A stretch of 64,000 nucleotides of DNA from Deltaproteobacteria bacterium (GCA_026129095.1 JAHCIT010000003.1:1-64000); one strand, 5' to 3'. Positions 1 to 11,758 are shown, numbered from the stretch's first letter. The notes: generated by a model from the sequence alone, not told the origin. Translations and numbers: made by a program.

Positions 1-350
1 CTGACGGGTCGCGGCCCTCTCCAGGAACTGGAGAGGGCGGGAGCAATCCTCTCCCCCTCTCCGGTTCCCGGAGAGGGGGATTAAGGGGGTGAGGCCATCC
101 TTCCTTCTGCCTCACCCCGCGCCCCTGACGGGTCGCGGCCCTCTCCAGGAACTGGAGAGGGCGGGAACAATCCTCTCCCCCTCTCCGGTTCCCGGAGAGG
201 GGGCAGGGGGAGTGGTTTCCTTCAGGGCGGGAACAATCCTCTCCCCCTCTCCGGTTCCCGGAGAGGGGGATTATAGGGGGTGAGGCCATCCCCTCTCGGG
301 GGATTAAGGGGGTGAGGCATCTGGAAACCTCACCTCACCACGGCTCACCA
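1..350. repeat. Cluster of REP-like palindromic repeats (BIME/REPIN-like), truncated by the window start
   Basis: Hairpin TCCCCCTCTCCGG-TTC-CCGGAGAGGGGG(A) at 52-80, 176-203 and 242-270. Related opposite-orientation hairpin GCCCTCTCCAG-GAA-CTGGAGAGGGC at 14-38 and 138-162. GGGGTGAGG/CCTCACCCC feet. Block 1-79 recurs almost exactly at 125-203. Confidence 0.85.
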
Positions 351-435
351 CGCCTCAGGCCGTACTGTTTTCGTCTTGTCACCGGCCCGCCGGTTGACTT
401 CCCGTGCCGTTCGGCAAATCCTGAAAAAGGCGGTT

Positions 436-468
436 TGCATAGTTACTGGGCAGCCTAAAAAATACGCA
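436..468. promoter_or_regulatory. Two abutting NtrC/Fis-like 17-bp sites upstream of dusB
   Basis: TGCATAGTTACTGGGCA (436-452) and AGCCTAAAAAATACGCA (452-468) both have the GC-N11-GC spacing of NtrC sites (consensus TGCAC-N7-GTGCA) and lie in the AT-rich leader. Confidence 0.35.
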
Positions 469-533
469 AACCGGCAAAAATGCCAGATAAATGCCTTTAA
501 TATCACTTTAAGCCTGTAAACAGGCGCTTTCCG

Positions 534-1652
534 ATGAATATGAATGTGGCAGCGGACAAAACGGGCGAAAAACCGGACGGAACCCCTATAGAGGGTGTGA
601 CGGTCGGCCGGGTCCGGCTGGCGGGCAATCTGGTGCTCGCTCCCATGTGCGGCGTGACGGATCTGGCCACCCGGCGCGTGACCCGCCGCGAGGGCGCGGC
701 CCTCTGCTTTACCGAGATGCTGAGCAGCGTCGCGCTGCTGCACGATTCGAAAAAGACGTTCGATCTCCTGCGTACCGCCGCCGAGGACGCGCCGCTCGCC
801 GTGCAGGTGTTTGGCGGCGACCCGGACGTGCTCGCAAAAGCCTGCACGCTCCTCGAATCGAAGGGCGTCCAGTGGATCGACCTCAACATGGGCTGCCCGG
901 TTCCGAAGGTTGCCAACCACGAGGCGGGCTCCGGCCTCCTCAAGGATCTCGTCCTCATCGGCCGCATCTTCGCCGCCATGCGGAAGGCCATCGGCGGCAC
1001 CTTCACCTGCAAGATACGGGCGGGCTGGGACATGGAATCGCTCGTCTTCACCGAGGTGGTCCGCATCGCCGGGGAAGAGGGGCTCGACGCCATCGCCTTC
1101 CACCCGCGCACCCGCGCCCAGCAGTACACCGGGAAGGCGAACTGGAACTTCCTGAAAGCCGCGAAGGAGATCAGCCGCATCCCCGTGTTCGGGAGCGGCG
1201 ACCTGTTCACGCCGGCCGATGTCATCCGCATGCAGCGGGAGACGGGCGTGGACGGCTGTTATCTCGCCCGCGGGGCCCAGGGGAATCCGTGGATATTCCG
1301 CCGCGCCCTTGCCGGGCTCGCGGGAAAGCCCGACCCCGGCCGCCCGTCCGTCGCCGGACTGCGCGCCGTCATGCTGGAGCACCTCGACGGCAGTTGCAGC
1401 CTCTACGGCGAGAACCGGGGCGTCAGGATGTTCCGGAAACACATCGGCTGGTACACGAAGGGGCTTCGCAACTCGGCGCAACTCCGGGCCCAGGCGTTCG
1501 GCTTCCTTGAGGCCGCGGCGGTGCAGGCCACCCTGAACGCCTATTTCGACACGCTGGAGGCATCGGGCCTGAACCCGTGGGCAGGAGAGCCCGAAGCCTC
1601 GGCCGGAAACCCGCCCGAAACGCCGGAGGACTGCCTCGCCTATGCCGGCTAA
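534..1652 (+). CDS. dusB: tRNA-dihydrouridine synthase B (NifR3 family)
   Basis: Motifs LAPMCGVTD, FTEM, IDLNMGCPVPKV, KIRAGWD, HPRTRAQQYTGKANW, ARGAQGNPWIF, RKHIGWY. Confidence 0.93.
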   Translation: MNMNVAADKTGEKPDGTPIEGVTVGRVRLAGNLVLAPMCGVTDLATRRVTRREGAALCFTEMLSSVALLHDSKKTFDLLRTAAEDAPLAVQVFGGDPDVLAKACTLLESKGVQWIDLNMGCPVPKVANHEAGSGLLKDLVLIGRIFAAMRKAIGGTFTCKIRAGWDMESLVFTEVVRIAGEEGLDAIAFHPRTRAQQYTGKANWNFLKAAKEISRIPVFGSGDLFTPADVIRMQRETGVDGCYLARGAQGNPWIFRRALAGLAGKPDPGRPSVAGLRAVMLEHLDGSCSLYGENRGVRMFRKHIGWYTKGLRNSAQLRAQAFGFLEAAAVQATLNAYFDTLEASGLNPWAGEPEASAGNPPETPEDCLAYAG

Positions 1653-2775
1653 GCCCAGCCAGAAGCCGGTGTCCGGCGCCCTCGACTGGCGGGTGATCTT
1701 CGACAGTTTCGAGGACGGCGTACTGGTGCTCTCGCCGGAGGGCGGGATCGAATACCTGAACGACGCAGCCGAGAAGCTCCTCGGCCTCTCGCGCCAGTCG
1801 GCTGTGGGGCTGCACTACTCGGACGCGCTGAACCAGCCGCATCTGGCCGGAATGATTGCCACGTCGGGCGAGCGCGGCATCAGCCTTGCCGACCGCAGCG
1901 CGTTCCTCGACTTCCCGCCAGGACTGCCCGGACACCCGGAGCGGGTGCCGGTGGCGCTCAAGGTGACGCCGCTCAACGACGACGGCGGCGCCCGCCGGGG
2001 CACGACGGTGACGATCATTGACCGCACCCGGACGGTGGAGATGGAGCGTGACCTCGTCCGCAGCGACCGGCTGGCCTCGATGGGCACCATCGCGGCGGGC
2101 CTCGCCCACGAGATCAAGAACCCCCTTGGCGGCATCGCCGGGGCGGCCGAACTGCTGCTCCGCGAGGGCTCGCTCTCGGACACGGGCCGGGAGGCGGCGC
2201 AGATCGTCCGCCGCGAGGTGGAGCGGGTGAACGGCCTCATCGAACGGCTGCTCCGGTTCGCCAAGCAGGAACAGGTGATGCCCGAGGAACTGAACATCCA
2301 CCAGCTTCTCGACGAGACGGTCGCCCTGGTCCGCCTCGCCCGGCCGGGGCAGGAGTTCGTGCGCGAATACGACCCCAGCCTGCCGCCGGTGGCCGGCGAC
2401 GCCGGGCAGCTCAAGCAGGTGTTCCTGAACCTCGTCCAGAACGCGGTGCAGGCCTCCCCGGAGGGCCGGTCGGTCATCATCGGCACGCGGCTCGTCAACA
2501 CCTTCCGGTTCCGGGAGGTCGAGGAACGGGGCTACCGCCGCCTGATCGAGGTGTCGGTCACCGACCGCGGCCCCGGCATCCGGCCGGAGCATTTCGGACG
2601 CCTGTTCACGCCGTTTTTCACCACCAGGCAGGACGGGACGGGCCTGGGACTGGCCACGGCCCACCAGATCGTCCGCGAGCACGAGGGGTTTCTCACGGTG
2701 AACTCGCAACCGGGCGAGGGGGCGACCTTCGTGGTCCACCTGCCGGAGGCGGCCCGCCAGCGGGCAGGAGCATGA
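1642..2775 (+). CDS. ntrB: Cytoplasmic PAS histidine kinase, NtrB-like
   Basis: N-terminal PAS domain, H-box LAHEIKNPLGGIAGAAELL, EYDPSLP, LFTPFFTTRQDGTGLGL. Overlaps the dusB stop and precedes ntrC. Confidence 0.85.
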   Translation: MPAKPSQKPVSGALDWRVIFDSFEDGVLVLSPEGGIEYLNDAAEKLLGLSRQSAVGLHYSDALNQPHLAGMIATSGERGISLADRSAFLDFPPGLPGHPERVPVALKVTPLNDDGGARRGTTVTIIDRTRTVEMERDLVRSDRLASMGTIAAGLAHEIKNPLGGIAGAAELLLREGSLSDTGREAAQIVRREVERVNGLIERLLRFAKQEQVMPEELNIHQLLDETVALVRLARPGQEFVREYDPSLPPVAGDAGQLKQVFLNLVQNAVQASPEGRSVIIGTRLVNTFRFREVEERGYRRLIEVSVTDRGPGIRPEHFGRLFTPFFTTRQDGTGLGLATAHQIVREHEGFLTVNSQPGEGATFVVHLPEAARQRAGA

Positions 2776-2784
2776 GGTGACGCG

Positions 2785-4236
<1,452 letters not shown>

Positions 4237-4272
4237 GAGGGCCTTCCCGGTGATGCCGGGGCAGAACCCGCC

Positions 4273-4749
4273 TCAGCTCTCCACGATTCGTGGTACGGCC
4301 GTCACGGGAAAATTGACGGAATTGGCGATGAAGCAGTGGGCATGGGCGCGTTCGTGGAGGGCGATGGCCCGTTCGGTATTGGCGCCTTTTCTCACCGTGA
4401 CCCTGGGGTGGAGCACGATGCTGCTGAACTTCACGACGCCGTTCACCTTTTCCATCGTCCCCTCAGGGGCGTCCTCGTAGGCGAGCACTTCGATCCGCGA
4501 TTTCGCGCAGAGGGCGATGTAGGTGAGGAAATGGCATGAAACGACCGCCGCCATCAGGAAATCCTCAGGATTGTGGAGGCCGGCATCCCCCCGGAACGCG
4601 GGGGCGGAACTGCCGCTGAGGGAACCCTTCCCGTCGAAATCGACGCGGTATTCGCGGGAATAGGTTTCATAGGCGAACGGCTGCGCGCCGCCGCCGGTCC
4701 AGACGAGCCGGCATTTGAAACCATGAACGTCGTCTTCGGGATTACCCAT
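4273..4749 (-). CDS. OsmC/Ohr family protein
   Basis: [18 protein letters not shown] and [11 protein letters not shown] two-Cys motifs. Confidence 0.88.
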   Translation of the reverse strand: MGNPEDDVHGFKCRLVWTGGGAQPFAYETYSREYRVDFDGKGSLSGSSAPAFRGDAGLHNPEDFLMAAVVSCHFLTYIALCAKSRIEVLAYEDAPEGTMEKVNGVVKFSSIVLHPRVTVRKGANTERAIALHERAHAHCFIANSVNFPVTAVPRIVES

Positions 4750-5140
4750 GCTGCCTGCTCCTGTTCTCGATCAGTTCGATCTTGTATCCGTCCGGATCCT
4801 CTATGAAGGCGATCACCGTCGGGCCGTGCTTCATGGGGCCGGGTTCCCGCGTCACCCGGCCGCCTTTGGCCTTTACCTCGTCGCAGATCTGGTAGATGCC
4901 GTCCACGCCGATGGCGATGTGGCCGAAGGCGGTGCCGATGTCGTAGTGGTCCACGCCCCAGTTGTAGGTGAGCTCGATGACAGTGTGGTCGTCCTCGGAA
5001 CCGTAGCCGACGAAGGCCAGCGTGAACTTGCCATCCGGGTAATCCTTCCTGCGGAGCAGTTTCATGCCGAGCACGCGGATATAGAAATCAATGGAACGTT
5101 CGAGGTTCCCGGTGCGGATCATGGTGTGGAGGATTTTCAC
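4742..5140 (-). CDS. gloA: Lactoylglutathione lyase (glyoxalase I); GTG start at 5140
   Basis: (M)[48 protein letters not shown]. The supplied ORF extension to 5434 overlaps gpmI and is spurious. Confidence 0.93.
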   Translation of the reverse strand: MKILHTMIRTGNLERSIDFYIRVLGMKLLRRKDYPDGKFTLAFVGYGSEDDHTVIELTYNWGVDHYDIGTAFGHIAIGVDGIYQICDEVKAKGGRVTREPGPMKHGPTVIAFIEDPDGYKIELIENRSRQHG

Positions 5141-5148
5141 CGGTGAAC

Positions 5149-6708
5149 CTACTCGTGATGCTCGATCAGGGACTGGCCGGTCATCTCCGGCGGTTCCTTG
5201 ATGCCCATGATGTCGAGGATGGTCGGCGCGATGTCGCTGAGGCGGCCGCCCTGACGGAGTTCCCGCTTCCCGTCTGGCTTCGGCTCCACGAGGATGAAGG
5301 CGACGGGGTTGGTGGTGTGCTGCGTGTAGGGCTTCCCGGCGGCGTCCGCCATCTGCTCGGAGTTGCCGTGGTCGGCCGTGACGAGCACCGTGTAGCCCTT
5401 CTCCTGCGCGGCGGGGACAAGGCGTGCAAGGCACTGGTCCACTGCCTCGTTGGCCTTCACTGCCGCCTCGAAGATGCCTGTGTGCCCAACCTGGTCGGAA
5501 TTGGCGTAGTTGAGGGCGATGAAGTCGTACGTCTTCTTCCCGATGGCCTCGATCACCCTGCCGGTCAGCTCGGCGGCGCTCATCTCCGGCTTGAGGTCAT
5601 AGGTCTTCACATCCTTGGGCGAGGGGACGAGGATGCGGTCCTCGCCCTCGAACACCTTTTCCTGACCGCCGCTGAAGAAGTAGGTCACGTGGGCGTATTT
5701 CTCGGTCTCGGCGGCACGGAGCTGCGTGAGCTTTGCCTTCGAGATTACCTCGCCGAGTGTGTTCTTCGGCTCCTCGTTCGTGAACGCAAAGGGGAGCTTC
5801 AGCGTGGCGTCATATTCGGTGAAGCAGACGTAGCCAGAGAGCTTTGGCACCCTTCCGCGCTCGAACTCCTGGAACTGCGCGTCGGTGAGCGCACGGCTCA
5901 TCTCCCGTGCCCGGTCGGCCCGGAAGTTGAAGAAGATCACGCCGTCACGGTCGTTGATCTGGCCCACGGCGTTCTTGCGCTCGTTGGTGATGATCGTGGG
6001 CTTGACGAACTCGTCCGTCTCGCCGCGGGCGTATGCCGCCTCGACCGCCTCCCGTGCCGAGGTAGCCGTGAACTCGGCCCGGCCGTTCAGCATCGCGTCG
6101 TAGGCCGCCTGGATGCGGTCCCACCGCTTGTCGCGGTCCATGGCGTAGAAACGCCCGGAAACGGTGGCGATTTTCCCCGTTTCGAGGTCGGCCTGCGCCG
6201 CCTCCAGCTGCTGGATGAACTCCGGCGCGCTCTTGGGGGCGGTGTCCCGGCCGTCGAGGAAGGCGTGGACGTAGACTCTCTTGATCTCCTGCTCCTTGGC
6301 CAGCTTGAGCAGCGCGACCAGGTGGTCAATGTGGCTGTGGACGCCGCCGTCGGAAACGAGTCCCATGAGGTGCAGGGCACCGTTGGCGTCACGGACCTTC
6401 TGGCACAGGCCGGTGAGTTCCTTGTTGGTGAAGAACGTCCCTTGCTCGATTTCCCGGTAGATGAGCGACAGGCTCTGGTAGACGATCCGCCCCGCGCCGA
6501 TGTTGAGGTGGCCGACCTCGGAGTTTCCCATCTGTCCCTTGGGGAGGCCCACGTCCTCACCGGAGGTCTTGACCGGAACCCAGGGGTTCCCGGCGAACAG
6601 ATTTTCGATGAATGGCGTGTTGGCGGCCTTCACGGCGTTGGAAGGCTCGTCCTTGCCGAGTCCCCAGCCGTCCACGATCACCAGCAGTACCGGTTTCTTC
6701 CCGCCCAT
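5149..6708 (-). CDS. gpmI: 2,3-bisphosphoglycerate-independent phosphoglycerate mutase
   Basis: [52 protein letters not shown]. Confidence 0.96.
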   Translation of the reverse strand: MGGKKPVLLVIVDGWGLGKDEPSNAVKAANTPFIENLFAGNPWVPVKTSGEDVGLPKGQMGNSEVGHLNIGAGRIVYQSLSLIYREIEQGTFFTNKELTGLCQKVRDANGALHLMGLVSDGGVHSHIDHLVALLKLAKEQEIKRVYVHAFLDGRDTAPKSAPEFIQQLEAAQADLETGKIATVSGRFYAMDRDKRWDRIQAAYDAMLNGRAEFTATSAREAVEAAYARGETDEFVKPTIITNERKNAVGQINDRDGVIFFNFRADRAREMSRALTDAQFQEFERGRVPKLSGYVCFTEYDATLKLPFAFTNEEPKNTLGEVISKAKLTQLRAAETEKYAHVTYFFSGGQEKVFEGEDRILVPSPKDVKTYDLKPEMSAAELTGRVIEAIGKKTYDFIALNYANSDQVGHTGIFEAAVKANEAVDQCLARLVPAAQEKGYTVLVTADHGNSEQMADAAGKPYTQHTTNPVAFILVEPKPDGKRELRQGGRLSDIAPTILDIMGIKEPPEMTGQSLIEHHE

Positions 6709-6741
6709 TCCGGCTTTCAGTCCTCCCTCTGGGCCTGCGCC

Positions 6742-7143
6742 CTATTCGAGACCTTCTGCACCGGCCGTCTCGCCGGTGGCGCGGGTTCGTTCGTCTCGCT
6801 CGACGATCTCCTGGCACGCGACGCACCGCTCGCTGTACGGAACCGCCATCAGCCGCTTGAACGGGATTTCGTCGCCGCAGTCGGCGCAAGTGCCGAAGTC
6901 AGGCGTGTTGATCCGCTGGAGCGCGGCGTCCACCCGCTCCAGGATTTTCTGGTCGGCGAGCGACATCCGGCCGATGAACGCCTTGTCGTAGATCGACATG
7001 GCGGCATCGGCGAGATCGGACGCCCCCTGTTCGGCCTCGAGGGCGGCGGTCGATTCCTTCAGGCTCGCCACCTCGCGGAGCAGCGCCGTGCGCATCTCCT
7101 CCAGCTTCGCCTTGCACTGTCCGGTCTGTTCGCGTGTGGGCAT
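6742..7143 (-). CDS. dksA: DksA/TraR family C4 zinc-finger protein
   Basis: Coiled coil with DxxDxA tip (DLADAA) and CADC...CVAC zinc finger. Confidence 0.85.
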   Translation of the reverse strand: MPTREQTGQCKAKLEEMRTALLREVASLKESTAALEAEQGASDLADAAMSIYDKAFIGRMSLADQKILERVDAALQRINTPDFGTCADCGDEIPFKRLMAVPYSERCVACQEIVERDERTRATGETAGAEGLE

Positions 7144-7161
7144 GCGGCCGCCTCGTTTCGG

Positions 7162-7635
7162 TCAGTAATGGTAAGGGACGCCCTTCTTGAGCGTCCAAGC
7201 CCGGTAAAGTTGCTCCAGAAGCAGCACGCGGGCAAGTTCATGGGTGAAGGTGGCCGGCGAGAGCGAAACGAGTTCACGGGCATTCCGCTTGACATCCGCC
7301 GCAAGACCGAACGGGCCGCCGATGGCGAACGATGCCGCCCGGCCGGACAGTTCGATCCGGTCGAGAAGCTGCTTCCATTCCAGCGTCGAGAGGGGCTTCC
7401 CCTCCGGCGTCAGTGCATAGAGAGCCCCTTCGGCCTTCTGGAGGATCCGGGCCCCTTCTTCTCCGCTCGCCCGTCGCCGGTCGGCCTCCGAGGGCGAGCG
7501 GTCGCGGATTTTCGTCTCGGGTACCTCACGCAGTTCCAGCGTACAGAACCGGCCAATCCGTTTGGCATAGTCGGCCGACAGCTCGGCCAGCGGGCCCGGC
7601 TTCAGTTTCCCGGTGCAGATGACGGCCAGTTTCAT
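7162..7635 (-). CDS. rlmH: 23S rRNA pseudouridine(1915)-N3 methyltransferase
   Basis: FAIGGPFGL, SLSPATFTHELARVLLLEQLYRAW, PYH. Confidence 0.93.
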   Translation of the reverse strand: MKLAVICTGKLKPGPLAELSADYAKRIGRFCTLELREVPETKIRDRSPSEADRRRASGEEGARILQKAEGALYALTPEGKPLSTLEWKQLLDRIELSGRAASFAIGGPFGLAADVKRNARELVSLSPATFTHELARVLLLEQLYRAWTLKKGVPYHY

Positions 7636-8189
7636 CTGGCCGGGCGGCCCGCACGGGGCAGGTCCACCACGCGGCCATCCTCGCCGTACAGCCTGCGCTC
7701 CGCATCCGGGAAAAGCCGTTCCAGGTCGTAATAGTGGCGGGAGGCATCATCGAAGATATGCACAACCACGTCGCCCGCGTCGGCGACGATCCACAGGCCG
7801 GTGCCGTATCCCTCGGTCCGGGGCTTGTCGCGTCCGGCCTTCCGTTCCGATTCGCTCACGGCGTCGCTCAGGGTCTGGTTGTGCCGCGCCGACGTGCCGG
7901 TCACGACGAGGAAGTAGTCCGTATAGGCGACCATCGGCCCCACGTAGATACTCGTCACCGCGAGCCCCTTCTTGTCGAGAAGGGCCGCGACAAGCCGGTC
8001 GAGCTGGATCCTGGCTGGATCGGGCCGGGCGGCGGGACTGCGTGGGGGGGCCGCCTTCCGGGGAGGAGGCGGCGGGGTTTTCCGGGTTTTCGGCCTCGCC
8101 GCCGCCGGAGCCTTCCGGGTTTTTGCACGCGGGGGTGCGGGCTTTCGTTTCGGGGCTGTTTTCTTCGCGGGTTTCCGTTTTGCTGGCAT
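7632..8189 (-). CDS. rsfS: Ribosome silencing factor with a basic N-terminal extension
   Basis: DKKG, TDYFLVVTGTSARH, WIVADAGDVVVHIF, RHYYDLERL. The first ~60 aa are K/R/P/A-rich. Confidence 0.9.
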   Translation of the reverse strand: MPAKRKPAKKTAPKRKPAPPRAKTRKAPAAARPKTRKTPPPPPRKAAPPRSPAARPDPARIQLDRLVAALLDKKGLAVTSIYVGPMVAYTDYFLVVTGTSARHNQTLSDAVSESERKAGRDKPRTEGYGTGLWIVADAGDVVVHIFDDASRHYYDLERLFPDAERRLYGEDGRVVDLPRAGRPAR

Positions 8190-8198
8190 AGATGGGGC

Positions 8199-9461
8199 TC
8201 AGGCGCGGACCTGTCCGTCGCCGTAGATGAAGAACTTCTCCGTTGTCAGTTCCTCCACGCCCATCGGACCGTAGGCGTGGAGCTTGGTGGTGGATATGCC
8301 GATCTCGGCGCCAAGCCCCAGTTCGAAGCCGTCCGAGAACCGGGTCGAGGCATTGATGAAGACGCAGGAGGAGTTGACCTCCTTCAGGAACTGCTGCGAG
8401 CGCGCATAGTCGCTGGTGACGATCGTTTCCGTGTGGTTGGAGCCATAGGTCGAGATGTGGTCGATCGCCGCATCAATGGAGGGGACGATCCGTACGGCGA
8501 GAATGAGGTCCAGGTATTCGGCGTACCAGTCGGCCTCGGTGGCTGGCCTGGTGGGGACGCCGCCGGCCAGCTTCGCCGTCCCGGGGCAGACTCGAAGTTC
8601 CACGCCCGCTTCGTGCATCCGCTTCAGGGCGCCGGGCAGGAACGCCGGGGCGGCCTTTTCATGGACGAGCAGGGTTTCGAGCGCGTTGCAGACGCCGGGG
8701 CGCTGGACCTTGCCGTTGAAGGCGATGTCGCTCGCCATCTTCGTGTCGGCACTTTCGTCCACGTAGACGTGGCAGGTTCCCTTGTAGTGCTTGATGACCG
8801 GGATGCGGCTTTTCTCGGCCACGTAGCGGATCAGGGCCTCGCCGCCGCGGGGAATCACGAGGTCGATCTCCTCGTCGAGCTTGAGCAGTTCTTCCATCGC
8901 CGTGCGGTCGGTGGTCTGGAGCACCTGCACCAGGTCGCCTGGCACGCCAGTGCTCTTCAGAGCCCCCCGGATGACCTCGCCGAGCGCGAGATTCGAGTGG
9001 AGTGCCTCCTTGCCGCCGCGCAGGATGACGGCATTGCCGGCCTTCAGGCACAGGGCGGCGGCATCCACGGTCACGTTGGGCCGGGATTCGTAGATGATGA
9101 GGATGACGCCAAGCGGGATCCGCATTTTCCCCACGCGCATGCCGTTGGGCCGGATCCACTGGCGCGATACCGAACCCACCGGGTCGGGCAGGGCGGCGAC
9201 CTCGCGCAGCCCCTTGACCATCTGGTCCATCACCTTGGGCGTGAGCCTGAGCCGGTCCACCATTGCGCTGGCAAGACCGGACTTTTCGGCGGCCTCGACA
9301 TCGAGCCGGTTAGCCGCTTCGAGCTGGCTTTTCGCCGCGACGATGCCGTCGGCGATGGCGAGCAGCGCCTGGTTCTTCACCGTGGTCGAAAGCCGGGCCC
9401 CCCGGATGGCGGCGAGCTTGCCGCCGTGGGCCACCTTCAGCATGTCATCAGCGAGGGACAC
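8199..9461 (-). CDS. proA: Glutamate-5-semialdehyde dehydrogenase
   Basis: IYESRPNVT, LRGGKEA, CNALETLLVH, NASTRFSDG, GAEIGISTTKLHAYGPMG. Confidence 0.97.
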   Translation of the reverse strand: MSLADDMLKVAHGGKLAAIRGARLSTTVKNQALLAIADGIVAAKSQLEAANRLDVEAAEKSGLASAMVDRLRLTPKVMDQMVKGLREVAALPDPVGSVSRQWIRPNGMRVGKMRIPLGVILIIYESRPNVTVDAAALCLKAGNAVILRGGKEALHSNLALGEVIRGALKSTGVPGDLVQVLQTTDRTAMEELLKLDEEIDLVIPRGGEALIRYVAEKSRIPVIKHYKGTCHVYVDESADTKMASDIAFNGKVQRPGVCNALETLLVHEKAAPAFLPGALKRMHEAGVELRVCPGTAKLAGGVPTRPATEADWYAEYLDLILAVRIVPSIDAAIDHISTYGSNHTETIVTSDYARSQQFLKEVNSSCVFINASTRFSDGFELGLGAEIGISTTKLHAYGPMGVEELTTEKFFIYGDGQVRA

Positions 9462-9491
9462 AGAACACTCCTTCCGGCACCCGGATCTACA

Positions 9492-10616
9492 CTAACCGTT
9501 CAGGATTACGAGGTCATCCCGGTGGATGAGCTCGTCCACGTCCCGGTAGCCGAGAAGCTTTTCGATCTCCTCGGTCTTGCGCCCGGCGATCCGGGCCGCG
9601 TCCCGGGAGCCGTAGGCCACGATCCCGCGTGCGAACTCCCGGCCGTCGGGGGCGAGGCACTTCACGCAGTCGCCGGGATCGAACTCCCCGCGGACCTCGC
9701 GCACGCCTGCCGGGAGCAGCGATTTCTTCCCGCCCCGGAGTGCCTGCGTGGCGCCGGCGTCGAGGACCAGCTCCCCTTTTGGCTGGAGCGTGTGGGCGAT
9801 CCAGTGGCGGCGGCGCGACATGCCCTTCTCGTCGGGAGCGAAGAACGTCCCCTCGTCCTCTCCGGCGAAAACCCGGCTGAGGACACCCTCGCGGATGCCG
9901 GAGGCGATGACGACGGCCGCGCCGCCGCGGGTTCCGGTCTCGGCCGCGTCCAGCTTGGTCTTCATCCCGCCGAGGCCAACCTCCGACGAGGTGCCGCCGG
10001 CAAGCCCTTTCAGGCTGTCGGTGATCTGGGAAACCTCGCCGATTCGCCGGGCGTCCGGGTGCTCGTTCGGGTTCTGGTCGTAGAGTCCGTCCACGTCAGT
10101 GAGGATCACCAGAAGCTGCGCCTGCAAAAGGCCCGCGACGATGGCCGAAAGCCTGTCGTTGTCGCCGAACTTGATCTCCTCGACCGATACCGTGTCGTTC
10201 TCGTTGATGACCGGCACGACGCCCAGCTCGAACAGGGTTTCGAGCGTGTTCCGGGCGTTCAGATAAAGCTGCCGGTTGCTGACCACCTGCTGCGTGATGA
10301 GCACCTGCCCGGTGACAAGCCCGTGGCGGCCGAACTCCTGCCCGTAGGAGTGCATGAGGAGACTCTGGCCCACGGCGGCGGTGGCCTGCTTGAGCGGGAT
10401 CGTTTTCGGCTTTTCCTTCAGGCCAAGCCGCGAGCGGCCAGAGGCCACGGCACCGGAGGTCACGACAGCCACTTCAAGCCCCCGCTTGCGGAGCGCGGCG
10501 ATTTCGTCAACGAGGCGGCCAAGGCGTGCGGCGTCGATCCGGTCGCCGCTCACGAGCACCCGCGAGCCCAGCTTGATGACGGCCCGGCGGACCTCGGGAA
10601 TGTCGCTGCGTTTCAC
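9492..10616 (-). CDS. proB: Glutamate 5-kinase with PUA domain
   Basis: VIKLGS, TSGAV, AAVGQ, INENDTV, FGDNDRLSA, GGMKTKL, SLLPAGV, ELIHRDDL. Confidence 0.97.
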   Translation of the reverse strand: MKRSDIPEVRRAVIKLGSRVLVSGDRIDAARLGRLVDEIAALRKRGLEVAVVTSGAVASGRSRLGLKEKPKTIPLKQATAAVGQSLLMHSYGQEFGRHGLVTGQVLITQQVVSNRQLYLNARNTLETLFELGVVPVINENDTVSVEEIKFGDNDRLSAIVAGLLQAQLLVILTDVDGLYDQNPNEHPDARRIGEVSQITDSLKGLAGGTSSEVGLGGMKTKLDAAETGTRGGAAVVIASGIREGVLSRVFAGEDEGTFFAPDEKGMSRRRHWIAHTLQPKGELVLDAGATQALRGGKKSLLPAGVREVRGEFDPGDCVKCLAPDGREFARGIVAYGSRDAARIAGRKTEEIEKLLGYRDVDELIHRDDLVILNG

Positions 10617-11671
10617 CAGTCGTCTCCGGCGGCTTCAGTGGCTTCGGGTTCCACGGCCTCGGCATGGGTGCGTGCCCCCATCTCCTCCAGCAGGTGCCCA
10701 AGCCGGGTCTTCAGTTCCGGTATGTTCTGGCCGGAAACACCGGAAATTGTCCACACCTCGACCTTCTTGCGCTTGAACCGGGCGAGCAGTTTCTTGAGGA
10801 TAGCGGCGTCAGGGTTCGTGTCCATCTTGTTCAGGGCGACGAGCCGGGGCTTGTCGAGCATGGACTTGTCGAAGGCCCGGATCTCCTTGAGAAGGAGGTC
10901 GTACGTCGCCACGGGGTCTTCCGGTGCGGCCACATCGATCACGAACAGCAGCACCCGCGAGCGCCGCGCATGCTTCAGGAACCGGATGCCGAGGCCCGCG
11001 CCATGATGGGCACCTTCGATTATTCCCGGCAGGTCGGCGACGACGTAGGTCTTGAACTCCGCCCACTCGACGACGCCCAGGTTCGGCGCGAGCGTCGTGA
11101 ACGGGTAGTCGGCGATCTTGGGCCGGGCGGAGGATATCCGGCTGATGAGCGTGGACTTGCCGGCATTGGGAAGGCCCACCAGTCCCACGTCGGCCAGCAG
11201 TTGCAGCTCAAGCCGGACGTCCATCTCCTCGCCGGGCTCGCCGGGCTGCGCGTAGCGGGGTGTCTGCCGCCGGGCGGTGGCAAAGTGCATGTTCCCCATG
11301 CCGCCCCTGCCGCCCTTGGCGATGACGATCTCCTGCCCGTCCTCGGTCAGGTCGCAGATGATTTCGTTCGTGTCCGCCCGGTAGGCGCGGGTTCCCACGG
11401 GCACTTCGAGGACGAGGTTCTCCGCGTCCCTCCCGTACATGTCGTTCCCCATCCCCTGCTGGCCGTTTTTCGCTATGGCGCGGGGCTGGTAGCGGAAGTC
11501 GAGAAGGGTGTGCTTGCGGGTGCTGGCCCTCAGGATCACGCTGCCGCCCGCGCCGCCATTGCCGCCCGATGGCCCGCCCTTGGGGCGGAACTTCTCCCGC
11601 CGGAAGGCGACGCAGCCCGGGCCTCCGTGGCCGGAAGCGACGTGAATCGTGACTTCGTCGATGAACCGCAT
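10613..11671 (-). CDS. obgE: GTPase Obg/CgtA
   Basis: MRFIDEV, Gly-rich Obg fold, DVGLVGLPNAGKST, ADYPFTTLAPNLG, DLPGIIEGA, NKMD. Confidence 0.97.
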   Translation of the reverse strand: MRFIDEVTIHVASGHGGPGCVAFRREKFRPKGGPSGGNGGAGGSVILRASTRKHTLLDFRYQPRAIAKNGQQGMGNDMYGRDAENLVLEVPVGTRAYRADTNEIICDLTEDGQEIVIAKGGRGGMGNMHFATARRQTPRYAQPGEPGEEMDVRLELQLLADVGLVGLPNAGKSTLISRISSARPKIADYPFTTLAPNLGVVEWAEFKTYVVADLPGIIEGAHHGAGLGIRFLKHARRSRVLLFVIDVAAPEDPVATYDLLLKEIRAFDKSMLDKPRLVALNKMDTNPDAAILKKLLARFKRKKVEVWTISGVSGQNIPELKTRLGHLLEEMGARTHAEAVEPEATEAAGDDW

Positions 11672-11758
11672 GGGTATCCTGATATGCTGCGCCCCCTTGC
11701 CGGCTGGCGGCGAAGGGGGCGCGGAGTGCCTTGGGGGCCGGAACCGTTGGGAAGACGA

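Noticed and set aside
1-350. CRISPR array, or the 64-aa ORF at 89-283
   Set aside because: There are no unique, regularly sized spacers, the units alternate in orientation, and no cas genes are present. The ORF is just translated repeat.
7734-11006. 1090-aa + strand ORF
   Set aside because: It is the antisense shadow of rsfS/proA/proB/obgE, a common artefact of high GC3, and has no motifs.
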